A stretch of 64,000 nucleotides of DNA from Candidatus Gottesmanbacteria bacterium RIFCSPLOWO2_01_FULL_43_11b (GCA_001780985.1 MFJV01000001.1:629466-693465), one strand, 5' to 3'; counted from the stretch's first letter, positions 52,915-63,369 are shown. Numbers and translations are program-made. Notes: a model not told the origin generated them from the sequence alone.

Positions 52915-53199
52915 ATGGCACGTTCAAACAAAAAAGGACCATATATAGACAAAAAATTATTGGAGAAAGTGAATAAACAAAAAGCAGGCGGTGACCGTTC
53001 TCCCATAAAAACTTGGGCAAGAGCCAGTCAAATTCCACCTGATTTTGTCGGTCATCGTATTGGCGTGCATAACGGAAAAACATTTATTGAAGTATTTGTT
53101 TCGGAAGCGATGGTTGGTCACCGTCTGGGAGAATTTTCGCCGACACGGACATTTCGTGGTCACGGACAAGTAACAAAGAGAGTTCTTGAGAAAACTTAA
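52915..53199 (+). CDS. rpsS: 30S ribosomal protein S19
   Basis: VHNGK and [11 protein letters not shown] motifs. Confidence 0.97.
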   Translation: MARSNKKGPYIDKKLLEKVNKQKAGGDRSPIKTWARASQIPPDFVGHRIGVHNGKTFIEVFVSEAMVGHRLGEFSPTRTFRGHGQVTKRVLEKT

Positions 53200-53204
53200 A
53201 AACT

Positions 53205-53552
53205 ATGGAGTACGTAACAACGGCAAAATACATAAGAATGAGTCCAAGAAAAGTCAGGCTTCTGGCTGATTCCATTCGCGGAAGAGAATCAAACACAGTT
53301 CTTTCTCAACTTGAGTCGATACATCAACCGGTTGCGAAACTTTTTATTACGACACTAACATCAGCTGTTGCCAATGCAAAACTAAAAAATGCTGATATTC
53401 AATCATTATGGGTAAAAAGTATTGATGTTATGGAAGGGCCGGTTTTTAAACGATGGCATGCAGTAAGCAGGGGAATGGCACACTCCTATAAAAAAAGAAT
53501 GGCGCATATACGGTTAATACTCAGTGATGAAAAGAAAGGGGAGAAAAAGTAA
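53205..53552 (+). CDS. rplV: 50S ribosomal protein L22
   Basis: SPRKVRL and SAVANA motifs. Confidence 0.95.
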   Translation: MEYVTTAKYIRMSPRKVRLLADSIRGRESNTVLSQLESIHQPVAKLFITTLTSAVANAKLKNADIQSLWVKSIDVMEGPVFKRWHAVSRGMAHSYKKRMAHIRLILSDEKKGEKK

Positions 53553-54184
53553 TGGGACAAAAGATTAATCCAAGAGGATTTCGACTCGGTCAGGTTTTCA
53601 CCTGGTCTTCACGCTGGTTTGCAGACAGCCGTCGCTATAGGCATCTCCTTTTAGAAGACGTTACAATCAGGCGATTGCTCTTTCAAAAAATAAAGAATGC
53701 CGGACTTGAAACAGTGGAGATTGAACGGTCGATTAATAAAGTCAAAATTACACTCCACGTATCTCGGCCCGGTGTTGTGATCGGTCGTGGGGGGGCTGGG
53801 CTTGAAGATCTCAAAAAATATCTGGAAATATTTCTAGCAAAAAAAGGTCAGACAAAACTTGAAGTTGTGGTAGAGCCAGTTAAGGAACCAAACCTTTCTG
53901 CTCAACTTGTTGCTCAGACAATTTCGGATCAATTAGTGAAGCGACTCCCACATAAGCGAGTCGGACTGCAAGCGGTTGAACGGGTCATGGCAGCAGGAGC
54001 CAAAGGCGTACGTATTGTTTTTGCCGGCCGAATCGGGGGAGCGGAAATTGCACGAAGAGAAAAATTTCAAGCCGGGACCGTACCGCTTTCAACAATAAGA
54101 GAACACGTTGACTATGCATCAGTTCCGGCGTTGACTAAATCTGGATATGTGGGGGTAAAAGTGTGGATATGTAAAAAAACTTAA
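53552..54184 (+). CDS. rpsC: 30S ribosomal protein S3
   Basis: MGQKINP.GFR and [10 protein letters not shown] motifs. Confidence 0.97.
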   Translation: MGQKINPRGFRLGQVFTWSSRWFADSRRYRHLLLEDVTIRRLLFQKIKNAGLETVEIERSINKVKITLHVSRPGVVIGRGGAGLEDLKKYLEIFLAKKGQTKLEVVVEPVKEPNLSAQLVAQTISDQLVKRLPHKRVGLQAVERVMAAGAKGVRIVFAGRIGGAEIARREKFQAGTVPLSTIREHVDYASVPALTKSGYVGVKVWICKKT

Positions 54185-54186
54185 CT

Positions 54187-54594
54187 ATGTTAGTTCCTAA
54201 ACGGGCAAAACACAGAAAATCATTTCGAGGAAAGATGGGGGGAAAATCCCTTCGGGCGTCTGTGATTAATTTTGGGGAGTACGGGCTCAAAGCGATGACA
54301 GCAGGATGGGTAACAAGTAGACAAATTGAGGCTGCCCGAAAAGCCATCATGCATTCGATTCGGCGGGGCGGAAGGCTTTGGATTCGTATATTTCCGGATA
54401 AACCCATTACAAAAAAGCCGCCGGAAACACGCATGGGAAGCGGAAAGGGTGATGTATACGAGTATGTTGCAGTCGTTAAACCAGGAAGAGTGATGTTTGA
54501 AATGGGAGGAGTAACCAAAGAACAAGCAACAACTGCACTCCGACTTGCGGCAAATAAAATTCCGGTGCGGACAAGAATGGTAGAAAAAGGATAA
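54187..54594 (+). CDS. rplP: 50S ribosomal protein L16
   Basis: RMGSGKG motif. Confidence 0.97.
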   Translation: MLVPKRAKHRKSFRGKMGGKSLRASVINFGEYGLKAMTAGWVTSRQIEAARKAIMHSIRRGGRLWIRIFPDKPITKKPPETRMGSGKGDVYEYVAVVKPGRVMFEMGGVTKEQATTALRLAANKIPVRTRMVEKG

Positions 54595-54598
54595 TCGT

Positions 54599-54805
54599 AT
54601 GAAAAAGAAAGAAAAAAGCGAATTACGGGGAGCGACTCTGGAAGAACTAATAAAACAAATAAGTGGCGTTGAGAAAACAGCCGCCGAGAAAATGCGTGAT
54701 AGGGCGACTAAGTCAGTAAAGAACGTCCGTGAAATAAAAATGTTACGGAAAAAAATAGCAGTACTTAAAACGGTGGTTCGTCAAAAGGAGTTTACTCATG
54801 AATAA
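54599..54805 (+). CDS. rpmC: 50S ribosomal protein L29
   Basis: Position in operon; RKKIA.LKT motif. Confidence 0.85.
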   Translation: MKKKEKSELRGATLEELIKQISGVEKTAAEKMRDRATKSVKNVREIKMLRKKIAVLKTVVRQKEFTHE

Positions 54806-55046
54806 ACCTGTACAAAAACAAAAAGAAATCATAGGGAAAGTTGTTTCTCTTTCGTCAAAAAACACGGTTATTGTCGAGGTAAGTAGAGAGTGGCGACACC
54901 CTATATATAAGAAAGCCGTGCGAAGGACCAGGAGAATTCCTGCACATCTTGAAGGGATGGAAGTATCTCTTGGGAGTAAGGTACGACTTGTAGCGACACG
55001 GCCGATAAGTAAAACGAAACACTATAAAGTCATAGGAGCATTATGA
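54798..55046 (+). CDS. rpsQ: 30S ribosomal protein S17
   Basis: HPIYKK and TRPISKTK motifs. Confidence 0.95.
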   Translation: MNKPVQKQKEIIGKVVSLSSKNTVIVEVSREWRHPIYKKAVRRTRRIPAHLEGMEVSLGSKVRLVATRPISKTKHYKVIGAL

Positions 55047-55417
55047 TACAAAGACGAACACATCTTATTGTTGCCGATAATTCAGGACCCACGCGTATGG
55101 TGGTTATCCATATTTACGGATCTTCCAAACGGTTTTTTGCAGGACTCGGGGATGTCGTGCAGTGTGTTGTTAAAAAAGCAGATCCAACTGGAATAGTAAA
55201 GGAAGACGAATTAGTGAAAGTTGTCATCGTTCGAACGCACAAAGAGCACCGTCGACCTGACGGATCATACATTCGATTTGACGATAATGCCGGAGTGCTC
55301 ATCGATAGTCCAAAAGATAAAAACATGAGAGGGACTCGGGTATTTGGACCGATAGCACGAGAGGTGAAAGAAAAAGGGTTTGATAAAATTGCAAGTCTTG
55401 CCGTCGAAGTATATTGA
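55043..55417 (+). CDS. rplN: 50S ribosomal protein L14
   Basis: ADNSG, FDDNA and GTRVFGP motifs. Confidence 0.97.
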   Translation: MIQRRTHLIVADNSGPTRMVVIHIYGSSKRFFAGLGDVVQCVVKKADPTGIVKEDELVKVVIVRTHKEHRRPDGSYIRFDDNAGVLIDSPKDKNMRGTRVFGPIAREVKEKGFDKIASLAVEVY

Positions 55418-55436
55418 ATTTGAAAAAAGTAAAACT

Positions 55437-55742
55437 ATGAGATTTAAAAAAGGCGACACAATTATCATAACGATCGGAAAAGATAAAGGCCATAAAGGGA
55501 AGATTGAAAAAATTTTCCCCAAAGAAGGTCTTGTGTTAGTGCCTGGCGTTAACATGTATAAACGGCACATGAAAAAGAGAGATGAGAAACATCAAGGGGG
55601 GATCATTGATTTCCCAAGAGCACTTCAGTTGGGTAATATTGCGCTCATTTGCCCGAAATGCGGAAAACCAACGCGCATAGGCTACCTCGTTTCAAAAGGC
55701 GAAAAAACACGAATTTGCAGAAAATGCAATCAAAAAATATGA
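55437..55742 (+). CDS. rplX: 50S ribosomal protein L24
   Basis: KKGD...GKDKG KOW motif; two CxxC. Confidence 0.95.
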   Translation: MRFKKGDTIIITIGKDKGHKGKIEKIFPKEGLVLVPGVNMYKRHMKKRDEKHQGGIIDFPRALQLGNIALICPKCGKPTRIGYLVSKGEKTRICRKCNQKI

Positions 55743-56296
55743 CACTTTTAGAAAAATACAAGAAAGAAGTTGTACCGAGCCTTATGAAGGAATTGAAAAT
55801 TTCAAATCCTATGGCTGTGCCAAAACTCGTCAAAATTGTTGTCAATTGTGGACTTGGAGAAGCGCTTCGGGATAAAAAGGCACTGGAAGGAATGTCAACA
55901 CAGCTGACGATTATAACAGGTCAAAAACCAAAAGTGACGCGGGCAAAGCGGGCTATTTCCACTTTTAAGCTTCGCGCGGGAGATCCGATTGGATTGAAAG
56001 TAACTATTCGAGGGCATCGAATGTACGACTTTCTTACGAAGCTTGTTGCAATTGTTCTTCCTCGTGTACGAGATTTCCGGGGCGTACCGTTAAAAAGTTT
56101 CGATGGAAAAGGAAATTACACGATCGGATTTTCGGAATCGACAATATTCCCGGAGCTTGAATACAAAAACATCGATAAATCTCGTGGATTTGAAATCGTC
56201 TGTGTTACATCAAGTAACGACGATAAAGGCGCGAAGAGACTTTTGGAACTGCTAGGGATGCCGTTTGAAAAGGGGGACCATGGCAAAAACATCTGA
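55739..56296 (+). CDS. rplE: 50S ribosomal protein L5
   Basis: [15 protein letters not shown] and FDGKGNY motifs. Confidence 0.97.
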   Translation: MTLLEKYKKEVVPSLMKELKISNPMAVPKLVKIVVNCGLGEALRDKKALEGMSTQLTIITGQKPKVTRAKRAISTFKLRAGDPIGLKVTIRGHRMYDFLTKLVAIVLPRVRDFRGVPLKSFDGKGNYTIGFSESTIFPELEYKNIDKSRGFEIVCVTSSNDDKGAKRLLELLGMPFEKGDHGKNI

Positions 56297-56465
56297 CATA
56301 GTAAAGTTTAAAAGGAAACAGAAATACACAGTGAGAGGGCATAATCGGTGTTCGCTGTGCGGCAGAAGCCGGGGCTACATGCGGAAATTTGGCATCTGTC
56401 GTATTTGTTTTCGGGAACGCGCCCACCGGGGGGAACTGCCAGGTGTAGTGAAAGGATCGTGGTAA
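56280..56465 (+). CDS. rpsN: 30S ribosomal protein S14 (zinc-binding type)
   Basis: RCSLCGR...ICRICFRE motif. Confidence 0.95.
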   Translation: MAKTSDIVKFKRKQKYTVRGHNRCSLCGRSRGYMRKFGICRICFRERAHRGELPGVVKGSW

Positions 56466-56469
56466 CTAT

Positions 56470-56862
56470 ATGGTAAATGACCCAATTGGAGATTTATTAG
56501 CACAAATAAAAAACGCAATGCTGTCAGGCAAAAAGACGGTTGAGCTACCTTATTCAAAAATGAAGATAGCAATTGCCAATATATTGGTTAGCGAGGGGTA
56601 TCTTTCGTCAGCAAAACAAAAGGGAACTGTTCCAAATGCCAGTCTAACCCTCGAGCTTGCCTACCAAGGAAAAACACCGGTTTTGACTGATCTTAAGAGG
56701 ATAAGTAAGCCGGGCATGCGATGGTATGTTCGTTCAAATCAAATCCCGTTGGTTGTGGGTGGCATGGGAATTTCAATACTTTCAACTCCAAGCGGTGTTA
56801 TGACGGGAAGCAATGCAAAGCAAAAAGGTATTGGTGGAGAATTACTTTGTAAAGTTTGGTAA
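56470..56862 (+). CDS. rpsH: 30S ribosomal protein S8
   Basis: DPIGDLL, SKPG and GGELL motifs. Confidence 0.97.
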   Translation: MVNDPIGDLLAQIKNAMLSGKKTVELPYSKMKIAIANILVSEGYLSSAKQKGTVPNASLTLELAYQGKTPVLTDLKRISKPGMRWYVRSNQIPLVVGGMGISILSTPSGVMTGSNAKQKGIGGELLCKVW

Positions 56863-56869
56863 AAAACAT

Positions 56870-57439
56870 ATGTCACGAATCGGCAATACACCCATTCAAA
56901 TACCTTCCACTGTTACCGTAACAAAGGACGGAAAAATAACGACGGTAAAAGGACCAAAGGGAGAGCTTTCAATAACTGTTCCTATTGGGGTAACGGTTAT
57001 AATCGGTGAGAAAGAAGTTAAAATTGAAAGCAAAGGAGCGGATAAAAAAAGTCGTGCAATTCACGGATTCGTGAGATCAAAAATCAACAATGATGTCGTG
57101 GGTGTAACTAAGGAATGGTCAAAAACACTGGAGTTGTCAGGGGTTGGTTATCGGGCAAATATAACCGGAAGTGATTTGGTATTAACGATCGGATTTTCTC
57201 ATCCCGTCACGATTCATCCTCCGCAAGGGATCACGTTTAGTGTTGTTGAAGGAAAAATAGTTGTTTCTGGAATAGATAAACATCTTGTGGGTCAGATTGC
57301 CGCAAATGTGAGAGCGATGAAAAAACCCGAGCCGTATAAAGGAAAAGGAATTTTATACTCTGGAGAGCATATACGCAAAAAAGCAGGAAAAGCGGCAAAG
57401 GCTGTTGGAGGCGCGCTGGGGACGGCAGGAGGAAAATAA
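56870..57439 (+). CDS. rplF: 50S ribosomal protein L6
   Basis: MSRIG, GVGYRA and PEPYKGKG motifs. Confidence 0.97.
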   Translation: MSRIGNTPIQIPSTVTVTKDGKITTVKGPKGELSITVPIGVTVIIGEKEVKIESKGADKKSRAIHGFVRSKINNDVVGVTKEWSKTLELSGVGYRANITGSDLVLTIGFSHPVTIHPPQGITFSVVEGKIVVSGIDKHLVGQIAANVRAMKKPEPYKGKGILYSGEHIRKKAGKAAKAVGGALGTAGGK

Positions 57440-57442
57440 TGT

Positions 57443-57769
57443 ATGGATAAAAATCTCTTACACAAGAGGCGAAAAGCGAGAATCAGAGCCGGTATTGTGG
57501 GTAATTCCAGTCGACCAAGGCTTGCGGTTCATCGATCAAATACAGCATTATCAGCTCAGGTGATCGACGACGCAAAAAAAACAACACTCATTTCAAAAAC
57601 AGTCAAAGGAACGACAATACCTGCGGCAGCATCACTAGGAGCAGAAATTGCGAAAGCCTGTAAAGCAAAAAAAATTACACACGTGGTATTTGACCGCGGG
57701 GGTTACCGTTACCATGGGGCGGTTCGAAGCCTTGCTGATGCTGTTCGTGAAGGAGGAGTAATTATATGA
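57443..57769 (+). CDS. rplR: 50S ribosomal protein L18
   Basis: PRLAVHRS and [11 protein letters not shown] motifs. Confidence 0.96.
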   Translation: MDKNLLHKRRKARIRAGIVGNSSRPRLAVHRSNTALSAQVIDDAKKTTLISKTVKGTTIPAAASLGAEIAKACKAKKITHVVFDRGGYRYHGAVRSLADAVREGGVII

Positions 57770-58236
57770 GATTTCAACACAGGTCACAGACACCGAGCGA
57801 ATTTGATGAGAAAATTGTTCAGGTCAACCGTGTTTCGAAAAAAACAAAGGGTGGAAATAAAATCGGGTTTTCTGTTTTGGTTGTGGTAGGTGATAAAAAA
57901 GGGAGAGTTGGCGTGGGATTAGGAGGTGCTCCGGACGTTTCCTCAGCAGTTCGAAAAGCGGTTGCGTACGCGAAACGTCGTTTGTTTACGGTTCCCATGA
58001 AGGGAACAACAATTCCTCATGAAGTTCGGGTTAAGCGGGGTGCAGCCTTCGTACTTCTTAAACCCGCACCCCCAGGAACCGGAGTTATTGCCGGGGGTGC
58101 AGTACGGGCTGTGGTTGAAGCTGCAGGAATTCGGGATATCGTATCAAAAATTTTAGGAAGTAAAAATCAAGCATCAAATGTCTATGCGACTATGGAAGCA
58201 TTAAAAAAGTTTAAAGTACAAAGGACCAGAACATGA
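57766..58236 (+). CDS. rpsE: 30S ribosomal protein S5
   Basis: RVSKKTKGG and [12 protein letters not shown] motifs. Confidence 0.97.
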   Translation: MRFQHRSQTPSEFDEKIVQVNRVSKKTKGGNKIGFSVLVVVGDKKGRVGVGLGGAPDVSSAVRKAVAYAKRRLFTVPMKGTTIPHEVRVKRGAAFVLLKPAPPGTGVIAGGAVRAVVEAAGIRDIVSKILGSKNQASNVYATMEALKKFKVQRTRT

Positions 58237-58667
58237 AATTAAACGAGTTACCAAAAAGCACGACAAAATCAAAAAAAAGGATCGGTCGGGGTCATGGGTC
58301 GGGTAAAGTGAAGACATCCGGGCGGGGAACCAAAGGGCAAAAATCCAGAGGAACCATTCGATCGGAATTTGAAGGAGGACAATTACCCCTCATCAAAAGG
58401 CTTCCGCTTCTTCGTGGAAAAACGAGAAATAAAAGCAGGAAGGAACATGCAACCGCAGTGTCAGTTTCAAAATTAACCGTATTTCCATCCAAAAGCGACG
58501 TTACATTGGATACACTTCAAAAATATCATATCATTAAAGATGATACGAAGAGAGTAAAAATTGTCGGAAATGGAACCTTAACAGTTTCACTTACCGTGAA
58601 TGTTCCATGTTCGCACTCTGCTAAAAAAATTATTGAAAAAGCGGGCGGAAAAGTAGTACATCTATGA
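58233..58667 (+). CDS. rplO: 50S ribosomal protein L15
   Basis: GRGHGSG and FEGGQLP motifs; overlaps rpsE, leaving no rpmD. Confidence 0.96.
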   Translation: MKLNELPKSTTKSKKRIGRGHGSGKVKTSGRGTKGQKSRGTIRSEFEGGQLPLIKRLPLLRGKTRNKSRKEHATAVSVSKLTVFPSKSDVTLDTLQKYHIIKDDTKRVKIVGNGTLTVSLTVNVPCSHSAKKIIEKAGGKVVHL

Positions 58668-59953
58668 ATCAACTGCTCTCTCCAATCATAAACAGCTGGA
58701 AAACTCCGGAGCTTCGTCGCAAAATCCTCATTACAGCACTTATCTTCATCATTTTTAGAATATTTGCACATATTCCAATTCCTGGTGTTGACGGCGAGAG
58801 ACTTCGGGCACTATTTTCCCAAAATCAGTTTTTGGGACTTCTCGACATATTCTCGGGTGGAACACTCGTTAATTTTTCCGTTATGGCTTTAGGGCTTAAC
58901 CCGTACATAAACGCATCGATTATTTTGCAACTCCTGACCATAGTATTCCCAAAACTGGAGGAATTATCCAAAGAGGGTGAATACGGCAGAGAAAAAATTA
59001 ATCAGTACACGCGATTTCTCACAGTTCCCCTTGCAGCACTCCAGGCAATTGGTATGTTTGCACTTCTTAAAAATCAGGGAATCATTGCATCGGTCGATCC
59101 CATGACGCTTATCTCGATTATCGTGACTATGACTTGCGGAACCATTCTTGTGATGTGGTTTGGTGAGTTAATCACAGAATATGGTATCGGTAATGGAATT
59201 TCTCTCCTTATTTTTGCGGGTATTGTCGGCAGGCTTCCCGTTGTATTCGGACAAACAGCAACAACTGTAACCGCTGAAACAGTGACAAATGTTGGAATTT
59301 TCATGCTTCTTGCTATTATCGTCATTGCCGCAACCGTGTTTATTAATGAGGCAGTCCGGCGAATAAGTGTTCACTATGCCCGACGAATTCGCGGGAATAA
59401 ACTCTACGGAGGGCAAACCTCGTACCTGCCGCTCCGCGTTAACCAAGCCGGGGTAATTCCAATCATATTTGCCGTGTCAATGGTGCTTTTGCCGTCGCTT
59501 GTTGGTGGATTTTTAGGACAGGTGAGTAATCCCGTTGTTGTTAATTTCGGTAGGTTTCTCACAAACGTATTCAACCCAAACAACATTTCCTATAATGTTA
59601 TTTATTTTCTCCTTGTCATAGGATTTACATTTTTCTATACAGCGATTACGTTTAACCCGACAAAAATTGCCGGAGAAATTCAAAAATACGGCGGCTTTAT
59701 TCCCGGTATCCGCCCCGGTGCACCAACAGCGAGTTATTTAAATTATATTTTAACGAGAATTACACTCGCTGGTGCGTTGTTTTTAGGATCGATTGCTGTT
59801 TTCCCGTCACTTGCTCGTGGCGTTACGGGTGTTTCGACACTTCTTGTCGGAGGGACAAGCGTTCTTATTGTCGTATCTGTTGTACTTGAGACTGTGAAAG
59901 CATTAGAAGCCCAGCTTGTTATGCGAAATTACGAAGGATTTCTGAAGGAATAA
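58664..59953 (+). CDS. secY: Preprotein translocase SecY
   Basis: [16 protein letters not shown] and IPGIRPG motifs. Confidence 0.98.
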   Translation: MNQLLSPIINSWKTPELRRKILITALIFIIFRIFAHIPIPGVDGERLRALFSQNQFLGLLDIFSGGTLVNFSVMALGLNPYINASIILQLLTIVFPKLEELSKEGEYGREKINQYTRFLTVPLAALQAIGMFALLKNQGIIASVDPMTLISIIVTMTCGTILVMWFGELITEYGIGNGISLLIFAGIVGRLPVVFGQTATTVTAETVTNVGIFMLLAIIVIAATVFINEAVRRISVHYARRIRGNKLYGGQTSYLPLRVNQAGVIPIIFAVSMVLLPSLVGGFLGQVSNPVVVNFGRFLTNVFNPNNISYNVIYFLLVIGFTFFYTAITFNPTKIAGEIQKYGGFIPGIRPGAPTASYLNYILTRITLAGALFLGSIAVFPSLARGVTGVSTLLVGGTSVLIVVSVVLETVKALEAQLVMRNYEGFLKE

Positions 59954-59998
59954 TTTGTTCAAGTGTCATTCCGGGCTTGACCCGGAATCCATCTTGGT

Positions 59999-60289
59999 AT
60001 GGTAAGGCATTATTTTGTTTATATTCTTGCCAGTAAGCCGAATGGAACATTGTATATTGGCGTTACGAATAATCTTGGTAGGCGAACTATTGAGCATAAA
60101 TATGGTTTGATTGATGGTTTTACTAAAACATATAGCGTTCATCGACTTGTGTATTATGAAATATTTACTGATATTAAATTGGCGATATATCGGGAAAAAC
60201 AGTTAAAATGGTGGAAAAGAGATTGGAAAATAGATTTAATCAACAATAAGAACCCAGAGTGGAAAGATTTGTATAAAGCAATATTTTAA
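59999..60289 (+). CDS. Small GIY-YIG endonuclease (UPF0213-like)
   Basis: VYIL...LYIGVT..L.RR..EH, REKQLK.W.R.WK and NP.W.DL motifs. Confidence 0.92.
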   Translation: MVRHYFVYILASKPNGTLYIGVTNNLGRRTIEHKYGLIDGFTKTYSVHRLVYYEIFTDIKLAIYREKQLKWWKRDWKIDLINNKNPEWKDLYKAIF

Positions 60290-60292
60290 CTT

Positions 60293-60643
60293 ATGCAATT
60301 CTTAGTAATAGGGAAAGATGGTAAAGATGAAAAGGCCGCGGAAAGAAGATTAGCAGTTCGTGAAGCTCATCTTTTATTAGGCGATCAGATGGAAGCTTCA
60401 GGTAAAAGATGGTATGGGTGCGTACTAAAGGATGATAAGGGAAAAATGATTGGATCCATGGCTATATTAGATTTTCTATCAGAAGAAGAACTCAAAAAAT
60501 ATCTTAACAAAGAACCATATATTGTTGGAAAAGTCTGGAAAACGGTTGAAATATATAAATGTGAGGTTAAAAATCCTTGGAAATTTAATCGTCCAGAATC
60601 ATTTTTTAATACAAAAACTGGATCCCAGCGTTCGCTGGGATGA
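60293..60643 (+). CDS. YciI-family protein
   Basis: R.AVREAH, GSMAI and EPY..GKVW motifs. Confidence 0.8.
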   Translation: MQFLVIGKDGKDEKAAERRLAVREAHLLLGDQMEASGKRWYGCVLKDDKGKMIGSMAILDFLSEEELKKYLNKEPYIVGKVWKTVEIYKCEVKNPWKFNRPESFFNTKTGSQRSLG

Positions 60644-60654
60644 CAAAAAACACT

Positions 60655-61230
60655 ATGCATATAGTTTTTTTCGGACCGGAAGGATCGGGGAAGGGAACGC
60701 AAGCCAAACTTTTAAGCGAAAAGCTGAACGTTCCGATTTTAACGTCAGGCGATCTTGTTCGTGACGCAGCAGCCAATGACAAGGGAATTATTGGTGAGGT
60801 TTGTCGTCAGGCACTTTCAGAAGGAAAGTATGTTGCCGACAGCGAAATGTTCGTTCTTTGGAAATGGAGACTAAAAGATGAGGATGCAAAGGGCGGATGG
60901 ATCATGGATGGATTTCCGCGTAACGTCGAACAGGCGCAATTCTTAGATGACAAAATTGACAAATACGGTTATAAAATTGAAAAAGTATTTTATCTTGATC
61001 TTAATGAAGAAGAATCCTACAAGAGACTCATTGCACGCGGGAGGCCACTTCACCCCGGAAGTACGGAACTCCATGATTCTCCCGAACGGATAAAACAGAG
61101 ACTAACAATTTACAAAGAGGGAGAAAAGAATGTTCTTGACTATTACAATAATAAAGGCGTGCTATTTACCATTGATGCAAATCAATCCATCGAAAAAGTA
61201 CACGAAGACATTCTAAAACATACACAATGA
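60655..61230 (+). CDS. adk: Adenylate kinase
   Basis: GPEGSGKGTQA and MDGFPR motifs. Alternative start at 60640. Confidence 0.92.
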   Translation: MHIVFFGPEGSGKGTQAKLLSEKLNVPILTSGDLVRDAAANDKGIIGEVCRQALSEGKYVADSEMFVLWKWRLKDEDAKGGWIMDGFPRNVEQAQFLDDKIDKYGYKIEKVFYLDLNEEESYKRLIARGRPLHPGSTELHDSPERIKQRLTIYKEGEKNVLDYYNNKGVLFTIDANQSIEKVHEDILKHTQ

Positions 61231-61778
61231 AGCAGTCGCAGATAGTCGCTATCGTCGGCATGCCTGGAGCCGGGAAAAGCGTCGCCGCTTCATACTTCAA
61301 AGAGAAAGGAATCCCCGTATTACGTTTCGGAGATGAAACAGAGAGGGGATTGCGTGAACTGGGCATGGAGGTTAATGAAAAAAATGAACGGTGGTACAGA
61401 GAAAAGATAAGAAAAGAACTCGGCATGGCTGCAATGGCATTAAAAATTGAAACCAGAATAGTAGAAGCAAAACACAGCAATCCTTTTATTATTCTTGATG
61501 GGCTATATTCTTGGGAAGAATACGTCTACCTCAAAGAAAAATTTCCCGATCTTATTCTCTTATGTATTTTTGCACCACCGGAAATTCGGTATAAGAGACT
61601 CGAAACAAGATCGGTCAGACCATTAACTCAACAGGAAGCGGAGAGTCGTGATAAAAGCGAAATTGAACAATTGCATAAAGGGGGTCCTATTGCGCGAGCA
61701 GATTACCTCATTAAAAACGAATCAACGCCTCAAGCACTCCGGGAGGGATTAGAAAAATTTTACCTCCAGCTTCTATGA
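61227..61778 (+). CDS. P-loop nucleotide kinase (dephospho-CoA kinase/UPF0200-like)
   Basis: GMPGAGKS and GGPIARAD motifs. Confidence 0.7.
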   Translation: MKQSQIVAIVGMPGAGKSVAASYFKEKGIPVLRFGDETERGLRELGMEVNEKNERWYREKIRKELGMAAMALKIETRIVEAKHSNPFIILDGLYSWEEYVYLKEKFPDLILLCIFAPPEIRYKRLETRSVRPLTQQEAESRDKSEIEQLHKGGPIARADYLIKNESTPQALREGLEKFYLQLL

Positions 61779-62536
61779 CCATTGTTCCGAAAATAAAAAC
61801 AGAACTTCAAAGAATGGAAGAGGGCGGTAAAATGCTCGGACGCATATTATCGCAACTTCTTAAAGATGCGAAACCAGGCGTCGTGTTACAAGATCTTGAA
61901 ACTATGGCGCAAGATCTCATTGCCAAAACCGGCGGTACGCCCTCTTTTCAAACGGTCAAAGGATACCGATGGGCAACCTGTCTATGCATTAATGACGTGG
62001 TTGTGCATGGTGTTCCTTCAGGATACAAACTTAACCGAGGGGACGTGTTAACGATTGATATCGGACTTATATATAAAGGCTTGCATACGGATATGGCATG
62101 GACAAAAGTAGTCGGAGGGGATAAGGAAAAAGAGAAATTTTTGAAAACCGGCATTTATGCTCTTGAGAATGCAATTAAAGTAGCTACAGCCGGAAATCGA
62201 ATCGGTCATATCTCCAAGGCTATTGAGGAAACGATTGAAGGAGCCGGCTATAGTATCGTAAAATCGCTTGTAGGTCACGGTGTGGGGGCAGAGCTCCACG
62301 AACCGCCGCAGGTACCTGGATTTGTGCGGGGATCACTCAACCGAACAGAATTACTTATTGCTGGAATGACTATTGCCATTGAAGTAATTTATGCAAAGGG
62401 CAAAGGAGCGGTTGTATACGCCAATGACGACGGGTGGTCTATAGCTACCGCCGATGGCTCCCTTTCGGCAGTTTTTGAATATACTATAGCGGTGAGGGAC
62501 GGTTCGCCCCTGATATTGACCAAATTCGGGAAATAG
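61775..62536 (+). CDS. map: Methionine aminopeptidase type I
   Basis: VVHGVP, IDIG...HTD and GHGVG.ELHE motifs. Confidence 0.95.
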   Translation: MTIVPKIKTELQRMEEGGKMLGRILSQLLKDAKPGVVLQDLETMAQDLIAKTGGTPSFQTVKGYRWATCLCINDVVVHGVPSGYKLNRGDVLTIDIGLIYKGLHTDMAWTKVVGGDKEKEKFLKTGIYALENAIKVATAGNRIGHISKAIEETIEGAGYSIVKSLVGHGVGAELHEPPQVPGFVRGSLNRTELLIAGMTIAIEVIYAKGKGAVVYANDDGWSIATADGSLSAVFEYTIAVRDGSPLILTKFGK

Positions 62537-62586
62537 GGTAGAATAAACTCTTATTAACGAACCCCATGGTCGTGATGGGGATTTTT
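62516..62586 (+). promoter_or_regulatory. infA promoter and leader hairpin
   Basis: TTGACC-17-TAGAAT; CCCCAT/ATGGGG hairpin followed by ATTTTT. Confidence 0.65.
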
Positions 62587-62596
62587 CGTGTCATAT

Positions 62597-62815
62597 ATGG
62601 CGCATCAGGGGAATATTGAAATTGAAGGAGAGGTTGTTGAGTGTTTGCCAAATACTCTCTTTCGGGTTAAGTTATCGAATGGTCATATTGTGCTTTGTCA
62701 TCTTTCCGGTAAGATGCGGTTAAATTTTATCCGCATAATGCCCGGGGATAGAGTGAGATTAGAAATGACACCATATGATGCAACGAAAGGCAGAATTACG
62801 TATAGGATGAAATGA
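62597..62815 (+). CDS. infA: Translation initiation factor IF-1
   Basis: LPNTLF, SGKMR and GRITYR motifs. Confidence 0.97.
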   Translation: MAHQGNIEIEGEVVECLPNTLFRVKLSNGHIVLCHLSGKMRLNFIRIMPGDRVRLEMTPYDATKGRITYRMK

Positions 62816-62837
62816 TCCCGCAGAGCGGGACAAGCTT

Positions 62838-62951
62838 ATGAAAGTACGAGCGAGTGTTAAACCAATGTGCAGAAAATGTAAAATAGTCCGTCGTCGGGGA
62901 CGGGTGTATATTATCTGCGATATTCCTAAACATAAACAAAGACAAGGGTAA
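62838..62951 (+). CDS. rpmJ: 50S ribosomal protein L36
   Basis: Translated by hand: [37 protein letters not shown]. Confidence 0.96.
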   Translation: MKVRASVKPMCRKCKIVRRRGRVYIICDIPKHKQRQG

Positions 62952-62955
62952 AAAT

Positions 62956-63369
62956 ATGATAAGAATTGCAGGCGTTGATTTACCGGATGAAAAGCGTGTA
63001 GATATTGCTCTCACGTATCTTTACGGGGTCGGGAGAAGCAACGTTGTACCCATTTTAAAAGAGGCAAAAATTGATGCCGGAAGACGTCTTAAAACGCTCA
63101 ATGAAGAGGAAGTGAATCGCTTAGCAAAAATAGTAGAGAAAAATTATTCGGTCGAAGGAGATCTCCGAAGATCTGTTTCTGAAAGCATAAAACGGTTGAT
63201 TGACATTCGAAGTTACAGAGGCACCCGTCATACAAAAAAGCTCCCGGCCCGCGGTCAACGTACAAGAACCAACGCCCGAACTAAAAGAGGGAAACGCATG
63301 ACCGTTGGAGCTCTCAAGAAAGAAGACCGGGCACGGACAGAAGAGACAAAAGCAGAACCTGCTAAATAA
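62956..63369 (+). CDS. rpsM: 30S ribosomal protein S13
   Basis: RIAGVD and RGQRTRTNARTK motifs. Confidence 0.97.
   Translation: MIRIAGVDLPDEKRVDIALTYLYGVGRSNVVPILKEAKIDAGRRLKTLNEEEVNRLAKIVEKNYSVEGDLRRSVSESIKRLIDIRSYRGTRHTKKLPARGQRTRTNARTKRGKRMTVGALKKEDRARTEETKAEPAK

Larger units (their letters stand above)
59964..60645 (+). mobile_element. REP-flanked GIY-YIG plus YciI cassette
   Basis: AT-rich two-gene insert between secY and adk, bounded by inverted TGTCAT-tagged palindromes at 59964-92 and 60620-45. Confidence 0.65.
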
